DNA of 63,606 nucleotides, counting the filler, from Hausera hauseri (Eukaryota): the NCBI GenBank assembly GCA_046269625.1. It is 11 parts of 11 records of this genome, joined end to end, with 100 filler letters (N's around TTAATTAATTAA, not from the genome) between each part and the next. Parts side by side here need not be neighbours in the genome. Positions count along the whole stretch, not along the records: positions 1 to 4,174 come from JBJURY010720546.1; positions 4,275 to 14,647 come from JBJURY010196636.1; 9 more parts are not named here. One strand, given 5' to 3'. The stretch's first letter is position 1, and the number at the start of each line of letters is the position of its first letter. Made by a program: the position numbers and the translations under genes. Below the pieces are notes generated by a model that had not been told where the DNA came from, made no database searches, and worked only from the letters and a program-made list of their open reading frames with translations. Of this stretch, positions 1 to 12,659 are shown piece by piece.

Positions 1-1534
1 CCCACATGAGAAGAGATCGAAGGAATACAATATATTGGAGAAGAACACAATTACCACAAAGACATTGGGTATGAAATAGGACGTAGAAAAGGACAATTAC
101 TCATACGATAAAAGAGTTACAGTTGAAGACACAATCACAAAGAGAACATTACTGAGTGCGGTAGCCAAAATATACGATCCGTTGGGATTCTTAAGTTGCT
201 ACACAATAATCGGGAAAATGATAATGCAGGAATTGTGGATCGGGAACTATGAGTGGGACCAGTAACTCCCAAACGAAATGTCGAAAAGGATAAAAACGTG
301 GATGGAGAAAGTCCATCTGCTGGACGATATAAAAATTGAAAGGTACCTGGGATTGGACAAAGACAAAAATTGGGAGTTATATATATTTTGTGATGCTTCA
401 AGACTAGGTTACGGCGCAGTGGGCTACGTCAGAACAAGGAAAAAGAATGGGGATTTCTCCACCACATTGGTAGCAGCTAAAGCGAAAGTGACCCCGGTTA
501 AATCGATAACAATACCCAGGCTAGAGTTTTTTGCGGCATGCGTTGGAGTTAAGCTGAAAGAAAGACTACTAAAGGCACTGGAAGGGAAGAATGAAAAGGT
601 TACACTTTGGACCGATAGCAAAAATGTATTACATTGGATCAGAAATTGTAGTAAGCACTATAAAACATTAGTGGCAAACTGTGTGGCTTATATACAGGAA
701 CACTTTTCGAACGTTCAGTGGAAATATGTGAAAACAAGCGAAAATCCAGCCGACGCATTGTCAAGGGGTCAATCTATACGAGAAATAAAGGAGAATCATA
801 ATTGATGGCATGGGCCAAAGCTCCTGTCTGAAAATGAAGTTAGTTGGCCGGAACAACCCCAAGAATTTGCAATGAAAATGGATATGAAAAGAAGGAAAGA
901 AGCCATTAATTTATTCACACAGTCAGAAATGGGATACGATCGAAGGCCCTGAATAAAATCCTGGGAATTGCTCAAGTCACTGATGAAGAGCTGTTAACTA
1001 TATTATGTGAAATCGAGGGAATAATAAACAATAGACCACTTACAACAACTTCGACCGATAGCAAGGATGACGTCGTTTTTACACCAAACCACTTTATCAT
1101 AGCTGGCCACAATTCTGAGATCAATTCGAGCCTTGTGGGTACAACGAAAAGCAGTGCAAACGCACGATAGCGATATGTGCAGTTAATAAGCGATGAGTAT
1201 TGGAAGAGATGGAGAAAGGAATTACTAATAGCTTGGGAAACAAGGGAAAAATGGCGAGGAGGGGAAACAGATATTAGTCCGGGAGATAAAGTTTGGGTAT
1301 TGGAAGCAATGGAAAAAAGAAATCAGTGGCCAATAGCCGAAATAACTCAGGTATTCCCTGCACAAGATGGGATCGTACGAGTCGTTGAAATCTCACAGAA
1401 TGGTGAGACATATCGGCGACCTATCAACAAAGTCTGTAAATTAGAGAGTGAATCAAACGAATTGAATAACATAAGAACGGAAAACATTGGTGAAGAAACG
1501 TACACCGACCGGATTGCCCCAAGGAGGGGGCAAA
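1..1534 (+). mobile_element. Bel/Pao LTR retrotransposon, 3' part of pol (RNase H/peptidase A17 region and integrase C-terminus), internally deleted and degenerate
   Basis: Motifs IYDPLG, LYIFCDAS...YGAVGY, AKAKVTP, TIPRLE, WTDS, ENPADALSRG, INNRPLT, TPNHF, YWKRWRKE, QWPIAEI...DGIVRVV. The integrase zinc finger and most of the core are missing near 930-950. Confidence 0.92.
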
Positions 1535-1806
1535 TGTTGGAACCCAGTTGTTTAGTTGGGCAATCCAGACAATGTTAAAAGGTTAAAGGGGGGTATAAGT
1601 GCATATAATATATGTATATATAGAGCGTGTGTGTGTATGTATAGATGTATATATACATGTTTGATTGCATTGTTGTGTTTAAAATATTGGTTGTTGGGGT
1701 TGGATTTTGATTGAATAATGCTTGAAAGCGTGTTTGATAAATAAATGTATACAGCAACTCCTAGCGGCATTCGTGGGGATGGGAGAGTGGGCAAATTTAT
1801 GCAACA
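1535..1806 (+). repeat. 3' LTR of the Bel/Pao element, preceded by a polypurine tract (1521-1530)
   Basis: PPT AAGGAGGGGG; TGTTG...CAACA inverted termini; internal AATAAA. A related LTR lies at 34260-34603. Confidence 0.8.
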
Positions 1807-1839
1807 GATATAAAAAATAGCAAACTACAATTGTACAAA

Positions 1840-3100
1840 AATGACAATAAAATCAATAAAATTTAAAAACAAAAAAGAGCGGGTATAATATTAGTTCCAT
1901 GTGAAATATTTGCCGAAACTCAATAGTTCCGGAAAATGATGTGGATATAACATATCGGTTCTATTCTTTATTGAAATACATCCAAAAAGGTAATATTTAT
2001 AAAAATCACCAAATGAAAATCAGTGGAAGCTATTCAAGCTTGGAAAAAGACAGTCCAAGTAAAATAGAGAAAATCGATGTCTAACTGCAATAAAAGAAAA
2101 AGAAGGTCTCAATGAATCTTATTTTACATTCGATAACAACAGTATTTACAGTTCGCTAAGCATAGATAAATCATACATCGTCATAGTGGTGAACTGTTCT
2201 CAAAACCAGTTGTATGGATCTGATGGGCGATTCCTGTTATACATACAGGAAGAATCGTAAGTGCTGGCTGATGTAAATAAAGGAAAGTTCAACATTACTT
2301 TCCATACCGGTTCATAAGATTTGGTAAAAGAAGACAAATTATGCATTGAAACTGGTCGATTGTGTTCAATTGGAGAGGGCTTTCTTACTTTACGATTTCC
2401 AGAAGCAGAAAAAGTGCTAGGCTAATTCGAGATGTAACTACAAGATTTGGAAACCTAAATATAAACTCAATTCCATCCAATAACTATAATACTAATCAAG
2501 GATCAACTATTGCAATTCAGCCATGCAGTTCTGAATCATTCGGAAAAATCAAACACACCAAGTCATTTGATTACGAAACATAAATCAATACGAGAAAATC
2601 GATCATCTAATGCTTGTCCAAATTCAACTGATGTCAACAATACTGACGTGTTGCATTCAGAATCTAATTGTAAAAATAGACCAAGTTTACATTCTCATTC
2701 TAACTCAGCAAAATTACTAATGACAAACGGAAGTACGAAAGCTAAATTATCTGAATTTTCTAGTACAGCGTAAATACAAAACCAACCATTACAATCAGAG
2801 GAAAACGACAGGAATTATATTTCAAAAGCTTCAGTGCAATAACGACGTTCAAGTTCAGTACGTGCTTCGAATAACGTGTATCGTTCAGTAAACGCCTTAA
2901 CAATGTTTGATATTATTCGTCCACAGAACAATTCCGAAACATCCGAAAATGGTCATTCTTCCAGTGAGCTCGCGTCTAACGCGTTGTATCAAGGTCGTAC
3001 AGTGTATGACTGGAGACTTCGTGAAGCCGATTCCACACATCAACAAAATTTTAATGAGTTTGAAGAGATGTTAACTGAACTAGATAACTTAACCAATTAA
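1840..3100 (+). pseudogene. DOK/FRS2-like adaptor with an IRS-type PTB domain, frameshifted
   Basis: Joining frames at about 2290-2420 gives YFPYRFIRFGK/EDKLCIETGRLCSIGEGFLTL, which matches the IRS-PTB consensus WPYxxIRRYG...FxFEAGRxCxTGEG. A low-complexity S/N-rich tail follows. Confidence 0.6.
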
Positions 3101-3386
3101 AATATATTAACAAGATCCGCAAGTAACAAATTACGAAGGGTTATTTTTCGTGATTAAAATTATTATTATTAAATGATTTCTTGTCCAATCAACGACTCTT
3201 CACGCAGCTATACGATTGATATTTATGTGTTGGTTAACAATTAGATTTATTAGCAAATATATACATGAAAAGAATTGTGTATAGAAAAATATATAGCAAC
3301 GAGATTGATTGCAATTGAAAAATTATTGAAATTGAATTAATATATAAAAGTTTAAAAATTTGAAAATTTGTGTTTTGTTTCAAGAC

Positions 3387-4174
3387 ATGGCTGTAAAGTT
3401 ATCGGTTAAACATGTATCTCAGAAAACGTTAAATACAGAGAATTTTGAGTCAAATGAAAGATCGAGATCGAAAATTAGAAGCTTTATCGACGAGAATGCT
3501 GAAGATGCAGTAAAAGATAATCGAGAAGATATAATAAGAATATCGGCCAAAGGCGAATTCATGAATTATATATTTGAAAGAAAACAGAATTTTCACTTAC
3601 TACGGCAAAATTGAAGATGTTTGGTTAACACTACCAATAGTATGGGAGTCGTATTCAAGTCCAATTGTGGGAGAAGTTTTAAATGAAAAGATGTTTGTCT
3701 TCAATGGAAGAGCGATGCTGACATGTGGACAGCTTTGAGGGCAAATAATTATAACGTTGATAATTATATTTATGATTATACTGTAGCACTGGCGATAGAG
3801 GATATCAAAGTGAAAGAAACGACACAAGAAAATTCGATAATTGAGAAGGTACATAGTTTTCAGAACATGGAAAAGAAAATCAAACGTCTCACTACTATAC
3901 TTAAGGACTTCAAAAATCAACTTAATATGGAAAATAAACTGAAAAGAATTTATCAAAAGAAAAATAAAGAAGTAGGGGAATCATTATGCATATTACAAAT
4001 AGATTATTTCACTATCAAAACTCAAATAACAATACTGCAGAAGTCTGTGAATTTAAAGATGATAGAATATAGACGATTAAACTTCGGTATAGAAGGATTA
4101 AAAGATATTGCAAAACGAATTACCAACCCTAACCCAATTCAAATTCAAGCTAAGTCTGAATTGAATGATTACGT
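3387..4174 (+). pseudogene. Frameshifted coding region of unknown function with a coiled-coil-like C-terminus, cut by the contig end
   Basis: Overlapping ORFs 3360-3614 and 3723-4174 with K/E/I-rich composition; no recognised motif. Confidence 0.3.
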
Positions 4175-4274
4175 NNNNNNNNNNNNNNNNNNNNNNNNNN
4201 NNNNNNNNNNNNNNNNNNTTAATTAATTAANNNNNNNNNNNNNNNNNNNNNNNNNNNNNNNNNNNNNNNNNNNN
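4175..4274. other. Artificial contig linker (N44-TTAATTAATTAA-N44). Others at 14648-14747, 19216-19315, 25656-25755, 30364-30463, 34741-34840, 41160-41259, 45454-45553, 49770-49869, 55438-55537
   Basis: The same 100-bp spacer, with stops in all six frames, occurs ten times. Confidence 0.98.
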
Positions 4275-5202
4275 AGTAGCAGATGATACACGATACCAGG
4301 CTAAATTGGAATCTTTACTTGGAGTAAACCATTGCGAGCGAGTAACTACAGAGATACTTTACAAAATTTGGAAAAGACTTTTGATATTTGGACAAGCCGC
4401 ATCTGGATTCTTAGCGATATATTTTCTGATACAAATGATTAAGGTAGTCATCCAAGCAGTAATAAATAGGTACGAAATATTTACATTGACTGGATTTTCA
4501 TGTAAAATACTGACCGCAATTATAACGCATTTTGGAAAATTCTTGAAGGCATATGAAGAAAATAGATGGAAATCGGACGTAGAACGCCATGTCGGCTATT
4601 ATAATCGTAAGCGAAAAGGAAGACCTATATTCTTGCGAAAGCGGAAATTTACAAAACATAATACACGAAGAAATAATTCAGATGATGACAAGCCTAAGGG
4701 TGGAGAAGTACTTCCAGAAATAAACAAACACAAGACATACTCTGTCATCAAAGCACCATTACCCATGTTACCTCCCATCGCTCCATTCTGTGAAGAATGC
4801 GACAAACGATCAATGAGTTTATATCAGACGGAAATCTATAAAAGAACAATTAATGTAGAAGATCCTTATGAAGGAACGAAACGTTACTGGATCCTACGGA
4901 AAATGTGTTACCGACAATCCACAGATGGTTCAAGGATGTTATATTCTACGCGCGAACCTCGGAATATAGAAACTAGATCTACGGTTTGGGGCAACCAAAG
5001 GCTAAAAGCCTTCCAGAATACTGAATTACATACTAACAATCGAGAATCATTAGTTAATACACACGAAACGGAAGGATTTCACGTAGAAAACAACGAGTTA
5101 TATCCAGACGAAGAATTAAGACAATTGTCGGAAAATATAGTATCCTCCCGCAAAATTCGAATCAATGGACTTAAATTTCGGCAATTAAACGTCCAAAAGT
5201 AG
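4275..5202 (+). CDS. C-terminal membrane-proximal and TM region of a chuvirus-like (class III, gB-like) glycoprotein, followed in frame by about 200 aa of basic/unknown sequence
   Basis: KLESLL...ILYKIWKRLLIFGQAASGFLAIYFLIQMIKVVIQAVINRYEIFTLTGFSCKILTAII matches the recalled Jingchuvirales G tail pattern W..F..FG..SAG.L.I..I...IK..I..II.G..L....G.S..LL.A. Confidence 0.72.
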
Positions 5203-5222
5203 CAACAAATTGTTTTAGAACA

Positions 5223-5669
5223 GTGATAGAAGGAAGACATTTCGCCAAAATCACTATCGAAAACTGGGAAGTTTATGCCTTAATCGATACCGGATTCGAG
5301 ATGTCTTACATCAAAAATGATTCAAAACCTCAAACACTGAGAGGTCAATTATACCCGCCGTCTACGGATGATCCAGGAAGTACAGGAGCTTTTGGTCAAA
5401 TCTCACAACCAATGTTTAAATGGAACCCAGAGGTTCAAATAGTTGGACAATTTTTCCATCATGAATTTGCTGTTATGGAACAATTGACCGATGACGTAGT
5501 CCTAGGATGTGATCTACTAAAAAGACTGCCAAATATAGCAATTGACTTACAAACCGGGATGTTGATAGAGATCAGGCCAAATAAAGGCGTGAAAAACGCT
5601 AAGGATAAAAGATTTGGAGAGGTCTGGATANNNNNNNNNNCGAAGATATCCCACCAAAAACAGAAATGA
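5223..5669 (+). CDS. Retroviral-type aspartic protease
   Basis: ALIDTG active site and DVVLGCDLL motif. Confidence 0.9.
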   Translation: MIEGRHFAKITIENWEVYALIDTGFEMSYIKNDSKPQTLRGQLYPPSTDDPGSTGAFGQISQPMFKWNPEVQIVGQFFHHEFAVMEQLTDDVVLGCDLLKRLPNIAIDLQTGMLIEIRPNKGVKNAKDKRFGEVWIXXXXKISHQKQK

Positions 5670-6104
5670 TAATCTATGCCCAGATACAGCAAGACGACGA
5701 TCAACCAGTATATTTTGAACCAAGGGATACGCTAGATCCGAATATATTACTCAGGAATATATTAACAAGAGTACACTCCGGTCGAGTGCCGATCAGGATA
5801 GCTAATAATGCGCAGACTCCCATTAAACTTTATGCTTATACTACTTTAGGAGACACGTATAGAGTATCGTCAATAACTATTGAAGAAAAGTCTTACAAGT
5901 ATGCCAAATTTCCACCTCATGTCGAAACTAAGTTTTCACCTGAGTCTTATTGTCGATTTTACGAATTATTATGCCGATATAAATCGATTATAGCTAAGGA
6001 CGAAAAAGATATCGGTAGAGCGAAAGCATTAAAACTAACTATTCCGTTCAAGAAAAGCCAGGGTCAAACAAGGAAATAGATTTGGAAGACCAGAAGACGC
6101 CAAA

Positions 6105-7364
6105 ATGGTATCCTCCACCACATTCACTGAGACCGAAATAACAAAGGAAGTCGAACGAATGCTAAGGGCCGATATAATTAGGCCAAGCTACAGATCTTGG
6201 TATTCACCAATCCTCATTGTTAAGAAGAAAGGGACCACAAAACATCGATTTTGTATTGACTACAGAGCCCTAAATAATCTTATGATGAAAGATTCCTTTC
6301 CATTAACGTCAGTGAAAGAGGCTTTAGACCGACTCTTAGAAGCAAAAGGGTTTACCACTCTGGACCTACAATCCGGATATTGGTAAGTGGAGATAGAAGA
6401 TGAAGACCGCTATAAGATAGCATTTAAAACACACGATGGTGTTTATGAATTTAATGTCATGCCGTTCGGTATTACTATTGGACCAGCTATATATAAGAGA
6501 ATGATGAATAAACTGTTAATGGGATTGGATCATGCTTTTGCGTACTTAGACGACGTAATGATAGCATCAAGGACCGAAAAGGAAAACTTAAAGGATATCG
6601 AACACACATTGATGAGACTGGAACAAGCCGGATTGAAGTTGAATCCAAAGAAATGCAAATGGCCTCAAAACGCCCTATCCTACCTTGGCTATATAGTTGG
6701 AGAAGGAGGATCAAAACCAGATAAATCATTGCTAAACGAAATGTCAGATTGCATAGAACCACAAAATCAGAAAGAGTTAAGGCACTGGCTAGGACTTTGC
6801 GGATATTACGCAACCCGTGTACCAGATAATTCAAAAATAAATGCACCCTTATATTGTCTACTTAAAAAATAAATTAAATGGAAATGGATAGACATTGAAC
6901 AGAAAGCGTTCGATGAGATGAAGATTTTAACAAGAGAACCTGTTTTACGATATCCAGACTTTAACTTACCTTTTATTATCAAGACAGATGCCAGTAAAGA
7001 AGGCACTGGATATGAATTAGCACAGAAGAGAGAAGACGAAGAACTAGAACACCCGATTGCTTACGGAGTACGTTCCTTAAAGAAGGCCGAGAAAAATTAT
7101 TCCGTTACTGAATTAGAAACTCTAGCCGTAAAGGAAACACTTCGCCATTTTAACGTTTATATACACGGGCAGAAAATTATAATTTTTACCGATCAAAAGG
7201 CCATCACGACTTTAAAGGTCCGAGCAAATAACCCAACATGTAGACTCAACAGATGGATTGAAGAAATATCGAGATACAATATCGAGTTCCAGTATAAACC
7301 AGGAAATAAGCATGTAGATGCCGATGCATTATTGAGACTAAAGACTAAAACAAGCGCAATCTAG
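6105..7364 (+). pseudogene. Gypsy reverse transcriptase and RNase H with in-frame stops
   Basis: SPILIVKKK, RFCIDYRALN, LDLQSGYW, MPFG, YLDD, KTDAS, NYSVTELE, DADAL. Confidence 0.95.
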
Positions 7365-7609
7365 GTAATGAAGAAAAGTCAACTCGAAAAGATAATAGAT
7401 CGCCAATGCGCTCTAACGATGGACAAAGCAATTAAAATTTCAACAGAACAAAGAAAAGATAAGGTTATCCAGCAGATTATAGAATTTGCTAAAAAGGATA
7501 CCATACCCAAGAGACGACAGTTAAAGAAACATTTAAACAGACATGGACATAAATACTGCGTCTTAAACGACAAGGGCAATGAAAATATTTTATATTACAA
7601 ACGGAAAGG

Positions 7610-8700
7610 AAGGAAACTGAGGCTTACATCCCGAAATGCTGATGTCAGAAGGTGACTCATACTTAGCCAGACACATGTCCTGGAAGAAAACGTTAGAAAG
7701 AATACTGAATAAATATTTTTGGCCCAGTATCTATATTGATGTGAAAAATTGGGTAAATGCCTGCAAAGTATGTGCAACTAAACAAAAGAAGACGAAAAAC
7801 TACATAGCTGAACTGAAACCGATTAATGTGCCCGATAGACCTATGCAAGTCATGTCTATGGATATCGTAGGACCGCTTCCGACGACCCACAAGAACAATA
7901 GGTATATCTCAATTTGTACTGATCGATTAACTCATTTTGTTGAGCTGATAGCATTAATTGATCAAAAGGCAGAAACCTTAGCAGAGACCGTTGTAAGAAG
8001 AATAATTTGCCGATATTGACCCCCAGACCAGATACTCACAGATCGAGGAAGACATTTTACAAGTGAACTATTTGAAAAGATAACTAAGATATTCGAGATT
8101 GAACGATTAACAACTACGGCGTATCACCCCCAGTGCAATTAAATAGTGGAGCGAATGAACGCAACCGTCATACGAATACTATCCACAGTAGTTGCCAAGG
8201 ACCAAAAGAATTGGGATGAATTTTTAGAAGGAACTCAGTTTGCTATTAACACCACTCCACACCCAGCAACTGGATTTACGCCATTCTTCAGCATGTATGG
8301 ACGAGAAGCTGTGTTACCCACAGATTTAGGATTGATGCCGAACACAAACAACCTCGAAGATTTAGAGCAAAATTTTGCAGAAATGCTACAAACGCGATTG
8401 CGAAATGCTGGGAAATCACCAAGGACCTATCTCAGGAATATCAAGAGCAGTTTAAAAAGCAGTACGACAAGAAAGCGAAACCGCTTGATTTAGAACAAGG
8501 AAATTGGGTTTATGTGCATTATTCAATAGCAAGGAAAGGCACCTCTTTGAAACTGACTCGTACAGGTAGAGGACCGTACGAAGTTACCCGAGTCACGCCT
8601 ACCACAGTATATATCAACAAAAACGGAAAAGAAGAAGTCGTGTCAGTACAAAGAGTTGTTAAGACGGAGATACGACCCAATAAACGTTACAATTTATGCC
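7610..8700 (+). pseudogene. Gypsy integrase (zinc finger, DDE core, GPY module), frameshifted
   Basis: H...KYFWP...CKVC, MDIVGPLP, TDRG, TTAYHPQC, ERMN, GPYEV. Confidence 0.93.
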
Positions 8701-8738
8701 AACGTGAGAGAAAAACTTCCTCAATAGTTACTAGACCG

Positions 8739-10135
8739 ATATTATACGTTAAAATAGTTTTAGCATTATCATTAATTGCTTCTTATATTCCGAGAGCACA
8801 AACTAAATGGTGGCACGACGAATCTACACTAGAAGATACATACGGAATTCGGAAAGGCGGAGCAAGATTAGAGATTATCAAAACGGAAAAGAAACCAACA
8901 GTCGAACAAAGTCAAAGACAAGAAGGTATAAGATTATTACAATCGATAGCAATTCAGTACTACTCGCCAAACTCCACATACGTTGGATTTAAGGCGCAGA
9001 AACCACACCACGATTTTGGAAGATTCCAAATCGTCTTAGATGATGTAATAACAAAAGAAGCAAAGAATTGTTACGTCGAACCTGGAGATCATATGCAATG
9101 TTGCGACATAGATTTCGGACATACTTACAACCTCACCTATCGTCTGTACCTACCAAACTTATCTAAAATCTACGAAACCAGGCCACCATTTCAGTTAGTT
9201 ATTTCTGCACGGAACAAAAATCATGGAATAGAACCAAACGAAATGTTGCGATCTACCGAACCAGACATACAACTATTAGACGAAAATATCCAGAGAATTT
9301 CGGTTAATAAAGCAATACAATGCATCCAGGTAGACGCCCGGACAGAGTTAACGGTTAGTCCAGAAATTAGTATCGTATTCGAAGCAGCAGTTGGACCGAC
9401 CCCGAAGATAGAATATTGTTCTATTTGCGCAGGTGTACAATGCCCCTGCTGCAAACTGCCTGCGAACCAGAAGTTCAAAATAAAAATCGACTTATACGAG
9501 GTGCGACCAAATAAATCAAGCATACAATTGGAAACTTACTATCCGAAAAATAGGATTTGGAAAATTTCAGTGGAAACCACGACCAAAGAGACGACCAATA
9601 AGGCTAGTCAAACTCTCACAGCAAATAACGTACCTAAAGAGTTGGAAAGTATAATTGTCAAAATTTTCGGCCCACCGGTATAAAATCGTGTTCTTCGTGG
9701 AGAAGAAACAAAGTTACGATATACACAGAAGTTGTCGAACAACATATAATAATCAAATTGTAACGTTATTTAAAAATACTTATCTAACAGTGCAATTTAC
9801 TAAAACCACAATCCGAATACATAGTATAAGTGCACACAAAGAGTAAGCAAAACCAAACAATCACATTACGTACCCTAGACGAAATTCGTATAGTGCCGCA
9901 CTTATATGTAGATAGCGATGATGAAACTACAACTCCGGTTACTACCAAAGCCCCGCTGGGATTAACCGTCTTGCCAATTGTATCCATTGTGGTACTGTCG
10001 ACATTTGTTCTCATTACGTTAACCGCGATTTTTCAATTAGTTACCAAAAATTGTCATTTTAAGCGTCATGAAAATATAGAGCGGGAACTAAGGGAACTGG
10101 GAGATCCCATTGATCCATATGATAAAATAACCTGA
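8739..10135 (+). CDS. Putative type-I membrane protein in frame after integrase (signal-like segment, Cys-containing repeated beta-rich ectodomain, Thr-rich stalk, TM), frameshifted near 9670-9830
   Basis: Hydrophobic ILYVKIVLALSLIASYIPRAQT; paired Cys modules; DETTTPVTTK; TM LTVLPIVSIVVLSTFVLITLTAIFQLV; AATAAA shortly after the stop. Confidence 0.65.
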
Positions 10136-10190
10136 CAATTACAGAACGGGTTATTCTGTCATTTAATAAAGAATTGGTTTTATTTTAAAA

Positions 10191-12659
10191 ATGACCTTTA
10201 TTTCAAGAATAATCCGTATTATTTATTCCTCAGAATCAAAAACAGCGGAACGTCCGAACGACGTAGATTCGACGAACGAGAAGGAAAAAACAATTCCACC
10301 TATCGAGTTAATATCGACAAATTTTTACAGAACCATGCTACTGTGTTCCTTATGAATTCCAATTTGATTTAGAGATACCTAACGAGCTGCACGGAAAGGC
10401 CATCATAAAATACGACCAGGTCCACGCCATACCCAACAACTTAAAAGGAACAACAGAGGAAGATAGAATCGTCTATCTCTATGCTATAAGGGAAGATCGT
10501 GACGTTAGAGCTTATTCATTCCGACAATTGATAAATTTCAAAATCGGTCAAGATTTGTATATCCACTTAGCAGATGGTGAAATCTATTACAGATTACAGT
10601 GTCAAGAATGGATTACACAAAAAGGATGACAGTACAGGTTTAGCACCCTAAAAATCCGAGGCGATGACTTACAAGATAAGGAATTGGAATTTAGAGTAGC
10701 TGCCCTTCCCGTCAAAATAATGATTGAGGTAACAAAAGAGGAAGAGAGGAAAAACATGTTACCACCCTTAGAATTTCGGCATAGGCCGTTAGAAGCGGAG
10801 GTAGCGAAATCCTTGTACTCTTATAGATTGGTGCCGCACGCTAGGAACACTAAAATTATTGCTCTGAGCTGTGGTGAAGGAAATGAAGCGGAAAAAATCC
10901 CGATGGAAATTTCAATCAGGGAAACGGACGGAACGGAAGTATATCACACGATTATTAGCCCGAAAAAACGAGTCAGAGAGACTTTTTTTGACCAAACGGG
11001 AATCCGTAAAGAAAACTTCAAAGAAGGAAGAGATATCAAAATGGTACAAAATGATTTGGCCCATTGCCTGTATGAATGTATCCTTATCGGATATCGAGTG
11101 GAAGAAGCTATATCGTTACTAGAAATTTCTTAGTCAGGAATAGCAGGAATAAGAGAGCATAATACGCATCCACTTATCGCCGAGAAAACAAAGAAATTAT
11201 TACGGGACAGGGACTACCCGATGCCGAGGATTATGGACGCCTACTTTAAAATAATGATAGAAGCGACAACCAATAGTAGGACTAAAATAAGCAATTGTTG
11301 ACCGCGGGCCAGCGTACTCAGTACTTACGAGATGTTTATGCCGGATTATCTTGGGAACACAAATGGGTGCCCCAAGAACCCGAGCATAACTTGATCAGTG
11401 CCACAAACCTAAATCAAATTGATGAGAAATACCGTAAACAATATCAACCCTACAAAATACTCGGAACTGACAATGATCAGCTGCCTAGCACCAGTCAGAA
11501 AGATTCTATAATGCCCCCAGGCAAGGAAGAGGACAATAAATCAGTCTTCAAGATGCCCCAAGTGCAACAGAAGAAACAGAAAATTGATAGGCTACCGCAA
11601 AATACCAAAGGAAAAACTTCCTTATATGATCCCATATTTAAAAGGACACGCAAAATAGATTATATAGAACCAACAACCGAGATAACGCAAAAGGAAGAAA
11701 GGTCCCTACTAGTCAAACAAAAACAAGAAGAAAACATAGTTCAGAAAAGAAAAGGCCTAGAAAGGACTAAATGGTATACGGAAATAAATATTCTTAGGAA
11801 TAGGAACTCGACAGGAAATCAACACTTTGTCATCGTAGGAGACTCACCTAAAATGCTAATAATGACTGAACATTATAGCAAAGGAAAGATCAAAGAAGCG
11901 GCTTTTTACATCACAGTTGCCCAAAAAGGGAAGTATACGAAAACATCTATATATGGGAAAATCTCAAACTAGGAAAATATGTTGCCCAAATTTTCCAATC
12001 AAAGAGAAATGGAAAATTAACGGCGCCAGTGGACAGACAGTTGAAACTTTTGCTTAAGACACAATACCAGAACCACCGAGCAGCTAACCGAATTCCAGAC
12101 CTAGATCACGAGACTATGGCCGATTGGACGTTAGTGGCAGTAAGTTGTGACCCAAGACAAAGCGTCGTGGACCCAAAGCAGAAACGAATCCATGAATACT
12201 TATACCTAGACGAAGAAGGGCTAATATTTGAACAAATTGAGATTACAATCAGAGTAGACTTGGATGATAAAAAGAGGGAAAGAGAAGAAATTGAGTGCTC
12301 AGTCTGTGAGGCTAACCTCCAACAAGAATATGACACTCTGGATAACAAAGATTGAAAACAAATACTGCCGGGAATGCCTAGAAAAGTGGACCCTAGAAAA
12401 TGGTAAGACCACTTGCCCAGTGTGTCGAGCCGAAGCGACCGATTTAAAGTACTTTTCAAATGCAGGATATACAAGAGTGGTACGTATAAAACCTCATTGT
12501 AGCTATGAAATCGAAACCCGACACAATCATACTGATACTGATTCCGGAACTAGTTTACGCCGACGGATAAATTTGTTAAGACAACGCGAGGCTGGCGGTA
12601 CTTTTTCGGATGCAATGGGCACCTCCGAGAATGCCGTTCAGGGAGGAGAAATGTTGTAG
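10191..12659 (+). pseudogene. Accessory ORF with a degenerate DEDDh (REX4-like) exonuclease fold (about 10850-11340) and a C-terminal RING finger (about 12295-12430)
   Basis: IIALSCGE...EISI...GTEVYHTIISPKK.V.....TGI...VQNDL...ILIGY follows the REX4 pattern. CSVC...YCRECLEKW...KTTCPVCR is a RING with a frameshift at the C-x-H position. Confidence 0.65.

Noticed and set aside
10219-10233. Splice acceptor suggesting a spliced accessory mRNA
   Set aside because: An in-frame ATG at 10191 explains the ORF without splicing; this cannot be decided without RNA data.
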